A stretch of DNA of 64,000 nucleotides, from assembly GCA_964016885.1 (NCBI GenBank), contig OZ024746.1, positions 97,092,001 through 97,156,000 of the forward strand, read 5' to 3'. The stretch's first letter is position 1. Each line of letters opens with the position of its first letter. Positions 41,430 through 57,439 of this stretch are shown in pieces. A model generated the notes under the pieces. It worked only from the letters and a program-made list of their open reading frames with translations. It searched no databases and was not told where the DNA came from. A program made the translations under genes and the position numbers. Source of the DNA: Eledone cirrhosa. Lineage: Eukaryota.

Positions 41430-44367
41430 CTGGAAAACAAAATCAAAGAAAAAAAAAAAGGATGAAATTACATGTTCTACAAGATCATCATACAAGCTGA
41501 GTGAAATTGTGTAGAAATTCTCTTTCAAAGTTTGTATTTGTTATGAACAAATAAAAACAGCTTGGTCAGCTTGCTCTTCTATTTTATAGAATTCCCCCCT
41601 ACAGAGCTGTTACTTCATAAGGTATCCCATGCAGTACAGGGTTTTATTTAAAGACATATCTTTTTAAACAACCCAACTAAATGAGTTAACACATTAATCT
41701 AACTAAACGAAACATTCATTTTCTATGATTCCATTGAAGAATTTGAATTTAGTCATTTGTCAATTACAGTTGTTGACATAATTTAAAACCTATTCATCTC
41801 ATTTTGATTGAGATATAAATTTGAATAAATAATTAAAAAATATTAAAAGTAGTTTAAAAAAAAGATTTTAAATACCTAACAAGTAGTTATGTTTAAACAT
41901 TTAAAATCATTTACAATCTTAATAGATATTTTAGGTTTCATTTTTGAGAAACCATGAAATATCAGGTGTTATATATATCTCATGAATTCAATATAATTCA
42001 ATATAAACATAGATTCAATACAAACACTACAACAATATCAACATTTTCTATTAAATATTTTGTCGATCTTGAAACTTTATACAAATAATGGAAATATAAA
42101 ATAAAAGAATATCACATAGCTACTGACTTAATAAGTTATTATATCTAATAGCCATTGCACAACTTACATTAATATTTAATTATTCAATAGTAGTACTTTT
42201 TGTAGAAATTGAATTTCTACATATATCTGCATGTACATCACACGCATATGGAAAAATATATATTTATATATATATATATATATGTATATAATTACACATT
42301 AATTCTATGTATAAATATATATACATACACACACACATATATATATATATTTGCATATAATATTCAAACAAAAATATACATTAGGGCTATGGGTTATTAT
42401 ACAATGTTATACAATACAAGTTATAAGTGAAAAAGAAAGTATACAAAATATCCCAAAATTATCATAACACATTAATAAGTGTTAGGTCTGATAGAAAAGG
42501 TGTTTACCACAACGAAATTAACCAACACCAGCAAAAACTAAACTGTAAATAATTGAAACGTTGTTTGAATTTTGAATGATTTATATTCTTCACACATAGT
42601 TTAAATTCACTTGCAAATAATATTCAGTTTCTGTCAATGTGAATCGATAACAGAACATATTGACATGTCTACTTTAAGCTACTAGAAAAAAGCAACTAAA
42701 AAATATAAAAATGTATCTTTATTAAGCTAATGTTATGTGTAACTAATAATCTACTATGTTATATACTTTCATTGGAAAATGACATTTTAGTATATATTCT
42801 ATTTGTATATATTTAAAACATATTTGCAATGTTATTTATACAACTGTAAATAAAACCTCTTATGTTTCTATTTGTTAATTTAAAATAGAAACAGATAACA
42901 CACTATATTATTCAACTCCATATCTTTCAATAGTTAATTAGGTTTGTTCATATTCTTACACCAAATCTTTTATTAATTATTATAAACCTATGATAATGGA
43001 TACTCTTTTGCTTTCAACAATAATCATTCATATGCTGCAACTGGTTGAGTATTCCACAGATACATGTACGAGTCAGTATGACGCAATATTTGACAAGGCT
43101 GGATGTGTGGATTTACAGGTAAAATCTATCTGAAAGGCTTCCTCACAGTTTCCATCGACCTTATTTCACTCACATGGCTTGGGTCAACTCAAGATTGTGA
43201 TAAATGTATTTGCCCAAGGAGCTACCCCAGTGGAATCAAACCTGGGACCTTATGACTGAGAAACAAACTTTTTAACTACTCAGCCTTGCTAAAAAAAATA
43301 ATCTTAACACTCTACATTACAAAAACCTTAAAATGCATCCATATAATTTATTCTAATTAAAAATATTCAAGAAAATATTTTTATTGATAGTAGGAAAGAT
43401 ATTTCCTTTACAGACAAAAGAAAAGTAAGATTTCAAAAAAGTTTGTTAAAAGTCTGTTTTGTGATTCTAAAAATCAATTATCTTTAACATTATTGTCAGT
43501 TTGAAGAAAAATATTTCCTGACAAATTAGAATAGTATCAGATTTTAGTTCCTGCTATATCAATTTCTAGCTTTCACATTGCTCTCCATACATATTAAATG
43601 GACCTCATTTCAAATGATTCATTATTTAAACTTATACAAAATGAATGTGGGTAGGTTAACATAGACAACTAACATTTTTCTGCAGGAAAACATTCCATTT
43701 AGATGCAGATACCTTATTTCTTAAAGATTTTAATGGTTCTTAAAACAAATCAATGATGGATCTTGGATGAAGACAAGCCTATTATTTAAAATAAGATAAA
43801 GGCTAAGTACCAAGTAAATACCATGACCTCTATAGGGTTACATATGGGGAAATATGACACAGAAGCTTTTGAGTCAGGCATTAAAATTTGTTTTAATTCA
43901 GAAGCTTACATATGTCATTAAATATATTATCATATATATATATGAGAGCAATACTTGCATGTGAAGGGTATACGACTAGCAATGCTGCATGCATGTGAAG
44001 TATCTAGCATCTAACAAGACTGTGATCATTACATGATGAAAGTTTCTCTTTTACATACTGACATCAAACAATTCCATCCTTCAATATTATTTTTCTTCTA
44101 ATAATTTTGATAGATTGAACTGATAAATGAAGTGATCTTGTTAAAATATTATTTGTGTTACCATTTATACCTAGGATTTATATTTCACACAGATAACCTT
44201 CAGTGTATATCTTTATGTCTTGACTATTTTTCTAGAAATAAACATCTCTAAAGTGTCATATATTATAAAGAAGTCTGAATTATGAACTGATGAAGTGATT
44301 AAAAATCTAAATATTGTAACAATGTTTGTATCATCAATATTAACAAAGATAACATAAGAACATCAAA

Positions 44368-46590
<2,223 letters not shown>

Positions 46591-46667
46591 TTAATGCAAT
46601 ATTGTTGAATGATAATTAGAATACTAATAAGGATAAATAATAAATTTACATGCAAAGAATATTTTAC

Positions 46668-46682
46668 TTTTTTTTTAAATAT
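46668..46682 (-). other. Candidate 15-nt microexon or start of an alternative terminal exon
   Basis: Acceptor ttttggcttcatgtttatctttag|ATATTT after a long AG-poor tract. Weak donor AAA|gtaaaa, followed by TGCATG within ~20 nt. Confidence 0.35.
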
Positions 46683-46983
46683 CTAAAGATAAACATGAAG
46701 CCAAAATATGGAAATTAACCAGGCAAACACACATAAGAACAGTACATAAACACATTAAGGTGAACACACAGACATACACGCTGACACACACAGACGCACT
46801 CACAAATAAATGTATCCAATAACATGCAAAATGTTGCATGCAGTGCATGATATAGCAGGCAAATATGAAACACAATGATAACAATATGTTAAAAAAAACA
46901 ACAGAAGAAAACCCAGAAAAAACAACAAAACACACGCACACACACACAAACAAAATAGACAGACAAGAGATTAGAGGTGAGTA
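46683..46983 (-). promoter_or_regulatory. Putative distant branch point with long U/UG-rich, AG-depleted splicing-regulatory tract
   Basis: TACTCAC (reverse complement of 46977-46983). No minus-strand AG between 47019 and 46801, and only two before the 46683 acceptor. TGCATG motifs near 46823 and 46837. Confidence 0.45.
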
Positions 46984-47209
46984 TAATTGTGAAAAATGGC
47001 AGTGGTAGCAGTGGTGAGGCTGAGAAACACAGCAGCAGTGTCAAGGTATAAACCATTTAAAAGACGAACAACTGTTGGTGGAAATAGTGAGACGTGTGCC
47101 AAGAGTTCGTGAGATAGAGATAGAGAAAGAGAGAGTAGCTATCGATTTGTGCGAGAGAAATGTACGTCAAGCAGTAAGTTTAATAGCAGGATTATTTTGT
47201 CTTTTATAC

Positions 47210-47239
47210 CATCCTCGTCTCGGACCAGTCCAGGTGGCG
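47210..47239 (-). CDS. Candidate 30-nt exon (or start of a short terminal exon) of the unidentified gene
   Basis: cccttctgacttcatag|CGCCACCTGGACTGGTCCGAGACGAGGATG|gtataa. About two-thirds GC with CpGs in a very AT-rich background, and open in all three frames. Confidence 0.45.
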
Positions 47240-48290
47240 CTATGAAGTCAGAAGGGCCAGTTTGAAATATTTGCCATAAAAATAACTATCGATATATATA
47301 TAAAATCTATACTAAAACCAAAATAAATTCACTTAAATACTTTAAAAAGCAACATGGTTAAAAAAATAATACCTATTTGAATAATACAAGTTACTACTAA
47401 TGAGGATTAAGATTATGCAACTAATAAAAAATTTATTACATTGATATTATGACACTAACTATTTAAAGATGAATAATTAATGTAATTAAATATATTATTG
47501 TATAAAAATAAAATAACATCTAGAGTTAATATGAAAAAAATTGATAATACATTACAGTAAATACAAACAATTTTACGTAGGTAATATAGTTATCAAGTTA
47601 AATACTCAATGTACATTCTATAAAAATAGCTCTAAAAATGAAACTTTTCTGTATTTAATTACAATTAATATAATCTTAGAGATGTTAATACATGCATAAA
47701 CATTTCTTGCAGATTCTGAACGTTCTATCCTAATATATCATCAATACAAGAAAAAATAATCAAACAGTTAAAAATTAAATAAAATTAATTCACTAGACTA
47801 TAATTCAAATAATTGCATTCATAAACCATTCTATAGGATAATAAAGAAAAATGAACACAAACTGGTAATAAGATGCAAAATTTTAATTAAGAAAATTAGG
47901 TATTTAGAAAATATTTTGTAAATGAAATAAAAATCTAAGATATCCTAATCTTAAAATGAAAATAATAGTATAAGAACAAAATACATCAAACTTATATCAT
48001 GAAACGAAATAATAGGTTAAATGTTGAATACAGAACATGAAGTATATGGATGTTAAAAATTTAAGCAGATATATATATATACATAAAAAAAAAAAACATT
48101 TCATAAGATAGCTTAATTAAAGTGTATGCTATAATAGCGAGAGAATTATATAAATTATTTATTGATTTTTTGAAGAACTATAGCAGCATAGAAATTAACA
48201 GCAGTATCAAGACAAGGAAATAGGCAACACTGAAGGTATTCAAGAACAGAAGAAGAGCAGAGACGTTTGGAAGTGAATTCAACTAACAAA

Positions 48291-48493
<203 letters not shown>

Positions 48494-50097
48494 TGTATAT
48501 ATATATATATATATATATAAAGTTTTGTCAATATGTTATTTTCCACCACATCTATTCAAGATAATAAAAGGAAAATATTTCTAAGAATAGAAGGAACCTC
48601 CATCATTCATATTTTGAGGAAAGGATTCAAAATATAGAGAGTAAAGGAACTAGGTAGACACCTAAAGATCACAAAGGAGTTTTTTCACGGAGAATTGGAG
48701 ATGAAGTTAGATGAAGAGATGGGATGAGACAGAATAAAAGATTTCAGATAAGAATGAATATAGGTTCTTTTATAAATGCCCACTTAATGTTTTAAATTAT
48801 TTAAATTCATTTGATATTATGGTTTATATGACTTGATTACACAGTTGGAAAATATTCTAACATTCTTTCTTAATGTTGATAATATGTAATAAAATACCCT
48901 CATCTATGAACAAACTATTATGAGTTTTAAAATGTTTTTTAGTTTACATATAATATTTCACTGAAAAATATTATTCATCTGAAAAGTCCTTTAGTAAATA
49001 TTAAACCTGAACATGCAAATCTCTACAGAAAGGTCTAACACCAGATGCTATTTGAAAAGAGCATTATTTTAGATTGGAAAACATTTTCTGTATATTCCAT
49101 TCAGCAGTTTGTATAGATCAAATCTAAACAATGACACAGGATTAATAAGTATCAAATTATCATTTGCAGTAATACTAAAGATATTTTATAGTTCAACCTT
49201 CACAAATTCACAATTAAATTTTAAAGAGTAGAATAATCAGATCTAATAATTAAAAAAAAAAATTCTTTAATCTACTTGAACAAATTTGAAATTATTTACT
49301 AAGAAGTAAATTCCAAATTAAAGAAGAGTGTTGTTATTTGTAGCAAAAGAAAGACATTTCCAGATTTGTTTTTAAATTTAAGCATCCCTTATCATTAATG
49401 AATGGGTAAAACCAGATTTAGAAAGAAGTTTATATATAATCCTATTGAAGAATTTTATATCTCACACTTTTAAAATACTATTGACTCTATACTACTTTTG
49501 AAAACAACACACATATCCATATATAATATAATATATATAATATATATAATATGCATTATAATATATATATATATATACACACATATTCATATGCATATGA
49601 CAATGATGTTGCAGTTTGCAAAGGAGACCAAATTAAGAGTATGAAGTTGGATTTTTCTCTCAGTTATTTGCAGATAAGGCAAACAATTCTCAGTTTGACA
49701 GAATTTCATCTCATTGCCATGGAAATAATGGTCCTGCAATCATCGACAGTTTATGTAGAAATAACCAATTAGTAGATGTTCATGCAATCAGAGAAATTGC
49801 TACAAGATGCACAGGTAATCATACACACTGTCCAATTTTAGAAAGCCAAACAATAACAATGTATTTTAAGATTACAATCCCTTCAGCAGACCAATCTATT
49901 TTAAAGGGGCAAATACAGAGTGTAGAAGAGATAGGCAGAAGAAAATATGACGAATGAAGAAAGAACATTCATAGTTAGTAAAGAAGTAGATATAGGAGGA
50001 ATATTTAATATTATTATTGTTGTGCCTAAAGTAGAAACAATTATTATTATTGTTATTTCCATTATTATTTTTATTGCGCAACATTACTGCTTTACTG

Positions 50098-50150
<53 letters not shown>

Positions 50151-50158
50151 TATTAATA

Positions 50159-50193
<35 letters not shown>

Positions 50194-50330
50194 GTTATTA
50201 CTATTATTATTGTTAATACTTCTACAGCTACTGCTATTTATCATTTTGCTGTAATAACTATAACTCCTTCACTTTTATATTAAATCTATATTTCTTAACA
50301 TGTTTTAAATATGATTATAAAAAAGATTTA

Positions 50331-50427
<97 letters not shown>

Positions 50428-50459
50428 ATATTTATATATATATATATTTGTATATTTAA

Positions 50460-50492
<33 letters not shown>

Positions 50493-50536
50493 TTGTATAT
50501 ATTTATATATATATATACATATATATATATATTTGT

Positions 50537-51030
50537 ATATTGTTATACTTTGGGAGGGTCATGTTGCCAATAAGAAACACATGCACCAGTTGCTTTCACT
50601 TCAATTTATTATAATAAATTTATAATAAATTTATAAATTTATAAATTTCTGGTTGGTTGGTTGGTTCCACAACCAGATAGTTGTTTATATATTGTCATAG
50701 TTCTTTCGTCACACACACTCTGTGACCTCTTCAGAACAAAGGAGAGGCACAGAAACAAAGAAAGGAATCCCCAGTCACTGAAGAGGTCACAGAGTGTGTG
50801 ACGAAAGAACTATGACAATATATAAACAACTATCTGGTTGTGGAACCAACCAACCAACCAGAAATTTATAAATTTATAAATTTAGTATAAATTTATTATA
50901 ATAAATTGAAGTGAAAGCAACTGGTGCGTGTGTTTTTTATTGGCAACATGACCCTCCTAAAGTATAACAATATCGGTTTCAACACACGATTTCAGATAAA
51001 GAATCTTGCTAAACAAATTCAGAAACGAAA
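50537..51030. mobile_element. Palindromic Penelope-like end with intact hammerhead
   Basis: ~197-bp inverted arms (50537-50734 / 50778-50973), embedded in (TA)n. Confidence 0.75.
50774..50816 (+). ncRNA. Minimal hammerhead ribozyme motif
   Basis: gtca-CTGAAGA-g-gtcaca(gagtg)tgtgac-GAAA-g(aa)c-TA-tgac. Stem I gtca/tgac, 6-bp stem II, CUA cleavage triplet. Confidence 0.7.
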
Positions 51031-51040
51031 TATATTTGTA

Positions 51041-51101
<61 letters not shown>

Positions 51102-51104
51102 ATA

Positions 51105-51195
<91 letters not shown>

Positions 51196-51218
51196 TTATA
51201 TATATATATATATATATT

Positions 51219-51262
<44 letters not shown>

Positions 51263-51269
51263 CAAGTAT

Positions 51270-51330
<61 letters not shown>

Positions 51331-52109
51331 CATACATACATTAATACACATATATATATATATATATACATATGTAGATACATACATATATATGTATGAA
51401 TGCATGGAAAAGTAGACATAAAAACAATGATATATATATGTATATATATATTTATATATATATACATATATATATCATTGTTTACTAATTGTTTACTAAT
51501 TGTTCACTAAAACACATAGAAGAAATTTAAAGTACAGAACTATATAATATATATATATATATATATATATTATACTGTTTTGTACTTTAAATTTCTTCTA
51601 TGTGTTTTAGTGAATTACAGTAAATTCAAAAATAGAAGAATTGTTAATTGTTTTTACTTTTTCAATTAATTTAAGAGCCCAAATTACATTTCATTTTTAT
51701 ACACAATGGAAGGGGTGTATGGAGAGCAGTTAAAATGGGAAATTAGTAAATTTTATTAATTTTATTGAAAAGAATAATTTCGTTTTCTTCTTTGTGTAAA
51801 GTATATCTGATTTAATAATTTGTTTTATGGCATTCTATGTCTTTAAATATCAGTTAACTGTGTGTAAGGGATATGATAATATATATGGACATAGGAATAT
51901 AATATATACATACAATATATATAGATGAAATATAAATGTATGTATATTATATATATATATATACATATACATACAATACACAGATTTATATCTGTATATA
52001 TAAATATACATATATTTATATGCATAAACAAATAATTTATAAACATATGTATATATACATGGAAACACACACACACACATATATATATGTTTATATACAT
52101 AACAAATAT

Positions 52110-52150
<41 letters not shown>

Positions 52151-54154
52151 ATATATATACATATACACATATATTCCCCCATATCAACACTCATATTGTT
52201 TAATGGCCAAGGAGATTGAGCAGCAGATGTTTAGTCAGAATACCATGAATAATTGGTTTTGTCATTGTATTTCTGATCAAAAGATCCAACTCTATTTGCC
52301 TTTCAATCAACTGGACTCCAGATTACTTGCAGCATTTTTCTTTTATTTACAACACCGAAGCTGAGAAATGAATTTAGTACCAAAACAAACTACAATCTAT
52401 GTATTATGGAAGCACATACTATTATCTATCCAGCCAGAACCAAGCAAAGAGGAATATCCAGACATGGATACCTTGAAAGCAGCCAGATTGCAAACCAAAA
52501 ATTACTGTAGCAAGAAGTCAATGAATGCAAGTTTAGACATGCACATTTTGAAGATTATAGTGATAAAATGTTAAGATAGTCCTTAGAACTTTACAAACTT
52601 TTAAAGTAAATGATAAAATGTCAGTAGTCTTATTGACTAAGATATGAAATTGATGTTGGTAATGAAACAAAATTGAAGTTATTTTAATTTATCAGTGGAA
52701 TGGCTTAGTAGCCTAAAACGCTTCAAACCATTTGGAAATAACTTTAGGGAGATATGTAGGTATTATGTGAAAAGATAAAAATGTATCACCCCACATGGCA
52801 TCACACTGTATTATACTTATACTGAAAAGTGTTGTCACTCGTCACGACTAGTGTACACAAATTATACTAGGAGAAAATATCTGTACTCGGCCTTTAAAAA
52901 CTTCAAAACTGAATTGAAGAAGAAATACTGAAATACTTAATTTAAAACCTTCTAGATAGATTTACTGAAGAGACCAGTGTTTACAGTAAGTTTCATGAAA
53001 CACCTTAAAATACAGTATGTAACACTATGTTACATACTGATGTGAACCATCTGAGATAATTATATGAAGGTTAGAAAATTGGTTAGTTCCTTCTGCTCTT
53101 TATGGTGCATCGATGACAAAAATTCTCCACCCAACATGCTTGCAAGCTCAGTCATAAGACTGCCCCCAGGCAAACAAAGCCCATGTCTCTTAAGCCCTCC
53201 TCTAGAGACTTCAGCCATGTCTTAACAACTTTGCTTCATCTCCCAAGCTTCTCCATCTGGCATCCACTAGAAAAGGAGTCTCATTGATCTCTTTGTGGAC
53301 ATGCTTGCAAGGCATGGAAAAAGACCAAAAGACTATAGAATTGCAAATGTCTTCCACAGATATTGTCTTGGAGCTATTATGAACAAAAAGGTCATAGAAA
53401 GAGCCAGGTTGAATAACCAATGAAATACTGTCACTGTAAAATGATGAGAGATATTTTGTCACTGCCTAAATATTTAAAGACACTTCATGAATCCAATAAT
53501 ACTTTTGACAATAGGAATAACTCAACCTTTCCTCCTTTCTATATTGATGAATAGATTTGGGAGATGGTTGCTTCTAACAGGACCTGCTGGAAGGAGTGTT
53601 TGAGGACTGCCCCCATGACACTCAGGAATAAGTGGGCGAAAAAAGAAGATTTTGAGGTTGATATCAAAACCAAGTAGAATTTAATTTAGAAAATTATGCA
53701 CATGTAAATATGTATGAATATGTGCATATAAACATGTATGCAAAACACAGTAAATATTATGAGGACAAAGAACTTTTGATGTTATGTTAGGTTTAGTATG
53801 TGTATGTGGAAGAGGAGTTAGTACATTTATATAGATAATTTTAAAAACGTTTTATTGATTAAAATTGTCCCACTGACTGAATTTGTAGGATATATACAGA
53901 CATTAGTGTACTTCATGTATAACACTAACCCATTATTTTTTCTCTAAAAATACTGATTATGTAGAATGTGACAATAGCTTTTGAGTATTTGTGAAACATT
54001 TCATTACTGGGTAAAATATAAGACGTATATTTTAGGAAATAATTATCGATAATTATCCATATCTATCTACATTTGAGAGAGGATAAAAAACCCTATTGTT
54101 AATTATTAATTCATGTAAGGTATTTGTATGTTCTATGTACCATACATAACAAAT

Positions 54155-54368
54155 AATGATTTCTACTATAGGCACAAGGCCAGTAATATGGGGGGGGGGG
54201 GAAGTCGATTAAATCGACCCCAGTGCATTACTGTAACTTTATTTTATCAACCCTGTAAAGGTGAAAAGCAAAGCTAACCTCGGCGGGATTTGAACTCAGA
54301 ACGTAAAGGGACATAACTTTATGTTACAAAGGATGGTGTCTGATGCCCTACCGATACTGCTAATCCAC
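54155..54368 (-). mobile_element. tRNA-derived SINE
   Basis: Family motifs. Another truncated copy at 57275-57400 has TSD CTACAGTAAT. Confidence 0.85.
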
Positions 54369-55799
54369 TGATAATGTTCTGTTCTGTTCATGTAGCAACA
54401 AAGAGAAAGAATCTAGGCTACATGTGACAAAGCAAAGACTACCACTACCATCAAAGTTAGACAACGGTACCATGAGAATATATGGTATACCTACCAGCTA
54501 AATTACAGTCTATAAAATGCCTAAATACCAACCCTTTCTAAAAAAAGTACCTGTGTATAGTGTGATCTCCCTATTATGTTTTCATAAAAATTTGATAATG
54601 AATATCAGAATACATTCTAGTATATATGGTATTTTGTTAGGTAGCACATATATAACTCTGGGTATGAATGACAGCTTACAGACACAATACACTGCTTACA
54701 GCTTCTTGTTTTCATTTATTGTTAATTTTCATCTATTCTGTGACATTAGATGATGTAAAAAGAGGAGCAAAATAGGAGCTGATCATCAGATCAAACCTAG
54801 AAAACTGTTTCTAATGGTCTTTCCATTGTTAATATTATCTGAAATCAGAATGTAGAGAACCAGATCAGATACTGCAAAGCATCATGCCTCAGTCTTTAAC
54901 AATTTTGTCAATTTATCACTCCAGGACTGGTACTTTATCTACCAACCCTGACTAGATGAAAGGCAAAGTTGGTAGATTTGAACAAGGTGAGAATTAGGGC
55001 CTTGGTAAAAATGCTACAAATTATGACTATTAACTGCTACTGATTGGTGTAATAAATCTTTAGATAGATGTAAATATGGTTTGCTATTTACGTGACTTAG
55101 TCACGATAGCTGCTAAAACCATAGATAGTATTTTGTCAATGATACAGGCAAGCTTGTACAATGTACATAGCTGAAATATATTTATTGATTTGATGTTATG
55201 TCACATTCTGTGAAAAATAGTTTTATTGGTTACCGTTTTCTAACAAGTCATTTCACTGGTTTACTACACTTATGATGGCGTAACAAAAACCACAAGAGAT
55301 TCTCATTCAAAGGAACCAGTTTATCAGTTTACTCAGCAATATTTATAAGAAGTTATGTAATTCAAAGGCTGTGATAATTCAAAGGGTGTGGTACAATTTA
55401 AGATAAAAGAAGGTAACAAAGCTACTCTGTTTTACCTGTTCTTTATTGAAATAAAACCTTAATTTTCATGTAAATTTATAGACATGCAGCATAGTGGAGT
55501 TCTGTACAGTTTCTGCTTAGCAGATTCTACTCATAAGGAATTGATCAATGGAAAGTTATGGTAGGAAACACTTGCAAAGAATGTCACAGAGTGGAATTGA
55601 ACCACAAAACATGTTCTGAAGCAAACTTCTTAACCACACAGTCTATAACCATAAATGAAATGAAACAGGGGCAGTAAAAATATATAGGAGCAGCAGAAAT
55701 TAAGTAGAAGAGAACAAGCTAAAATCTTTGAGTAAAAAACTTGAGAACAAAACTATGTTTTAGAACTGTGGATACACTTCTGACAATGATAATCCTTTT

Positions 55800-56107
55800 G
55801 TCATCATCAACATCATCATCACTGTATTACATCCATTTTTCCATGCTAGCATGGGTTAGATGAGTTGTCCTATTGTGGGCAAATTTAGGTAAGGTGGATA
55901 TATCTTACACATACTGAACTGATTTTGGCATAGTTTCTACAGCTGGATAACCTTCCTAATGCCAAGTTCTTTTACAGTGTGTACCGGGTGCTTTTTTTCG
56001 TGACACCTACACAACCACTTTACAGTGTGGACTGGGAGCTTTTTGTCGTGACACCTACACAACCATTTTACAGTGTGGACTGGGAGCTTTTTGTCGTGAC
56101 ACCTACA
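55800..56107 (-). mobile_element. SINE/RTE-tail fragment with internal 45-bp triplication
   Basis: (CAT)n tail, CCATGCTAGCATGGGTTAGA, and TTTACAGTGTGGACTGGGAGCTTTTTGTCGTGACACCTACAC x3. Confidence 0.75.
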
Positions 56108-57028
56108 TATATAGTGTAAGACACTGCCTATGATATTCAAATCATTTTGAAAATAAAATTGGAGGGGTTAAGTAATAATATAACTAACTTTTACATTATT
56201 ATGTTGGTATTTCGAACATAACTTTAGAAAAGGTTATTATTAAAAAACCCCCAGAAAGAATGGAAAGTCTAAATTTAAATATGACTAGTTTAAAACAAAT
56301 GGAAAGTTATGCTAGATTTAGTTATGGAATACAAGTCTTTAATGAACTCAGTCTGCTTTTTAGATATGTTGAATTCATGCCAATTATGAAAACCATAAAT
56401 AAAAAGACAACACACACACGCACACACACATAGACACACACACACACACAGATTGAGATATAACTTATTTGGAAAAGGTGAGATACTAATATCCATCAGC
56501 ATCTATTTGAGAGATTTTGTATATAAGTATGTATATGTGTGTGTATATGTATGTATATATATGCGTGTGTATGTATGTGTTTGTATTTATGTATATGTGA
56601 GTGTGTATGTATGTATGCTCTTCTGGGTTTATAATTTTATAAATTTTTACCAATAGAGAGAGAGAGTCGGTTTCTGACAAGACCCTTTCATTGAAAGTTA
56701 CACAACATCAACTAGGTAGATATGTCTGCATGTCTGCAAGTGCGCATGTGTGTGCAGGTATGGCTGTTATTGTAAGTGTGGATGTGTGCATATGAATATG
56801 TAGTTATTACATACAGAATATCTGGAATGTTTTACATATTTTTACTGTTCCATTAATGGATTCTAACCCTCTTCTTTTATAATTTTTCTTATATATATAT
56901 ATAAATGAAAAATGGCATGCTGTGTTGTGCAAATGTGATATACAAAGTAAATGAAGAATTAGAAATAGGACTATCCATCATCAGTGATCTACTAGCCATC
57001 ATAGGTATTTCTTCATATATATATACAT

Positions 57029-57107
<79 letters not shown>

Positions 57108-57439
57108 TATATATATATATATGAGTGTTTTCTTGGGAACTAACAGTGCCATCCATTGCTCATTCTTCCCTAGTAGTTTACCACTTATTCGTCTGGCAGG
57201 AGCCAGCTTATATCACAACCTACCATATCTGTGAGCTGTATCACTATCCTCCACCTACAAATGATTCTCTACAGTAATTGTTTCTACTTTAGGCACAAGG
57301 CCAGCAATTACCCAGTGCATTACTGGTACTTTATTTTATCAACCCCGTAAGGATGAAAGGCAAAGTCAACCTCGGCGGGATTTGAACTCAGATTTGAACT
57401 CAGACTTGAACTACAGTAATGTAGCTATGACAAAATGAG

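Noticed and set aside
46970-47180. Plus-strand donors GAG|GTGAGT (46977) and GCA|GTAAGT (47174), and a minus-strand TATAAAA promoter at ~47205
   Set aside because: No plus-strand acceptor or ORF upstream. The strand asymmetry and AG depletion fit a minus-strand branch point and intron better. Not fully excluded.
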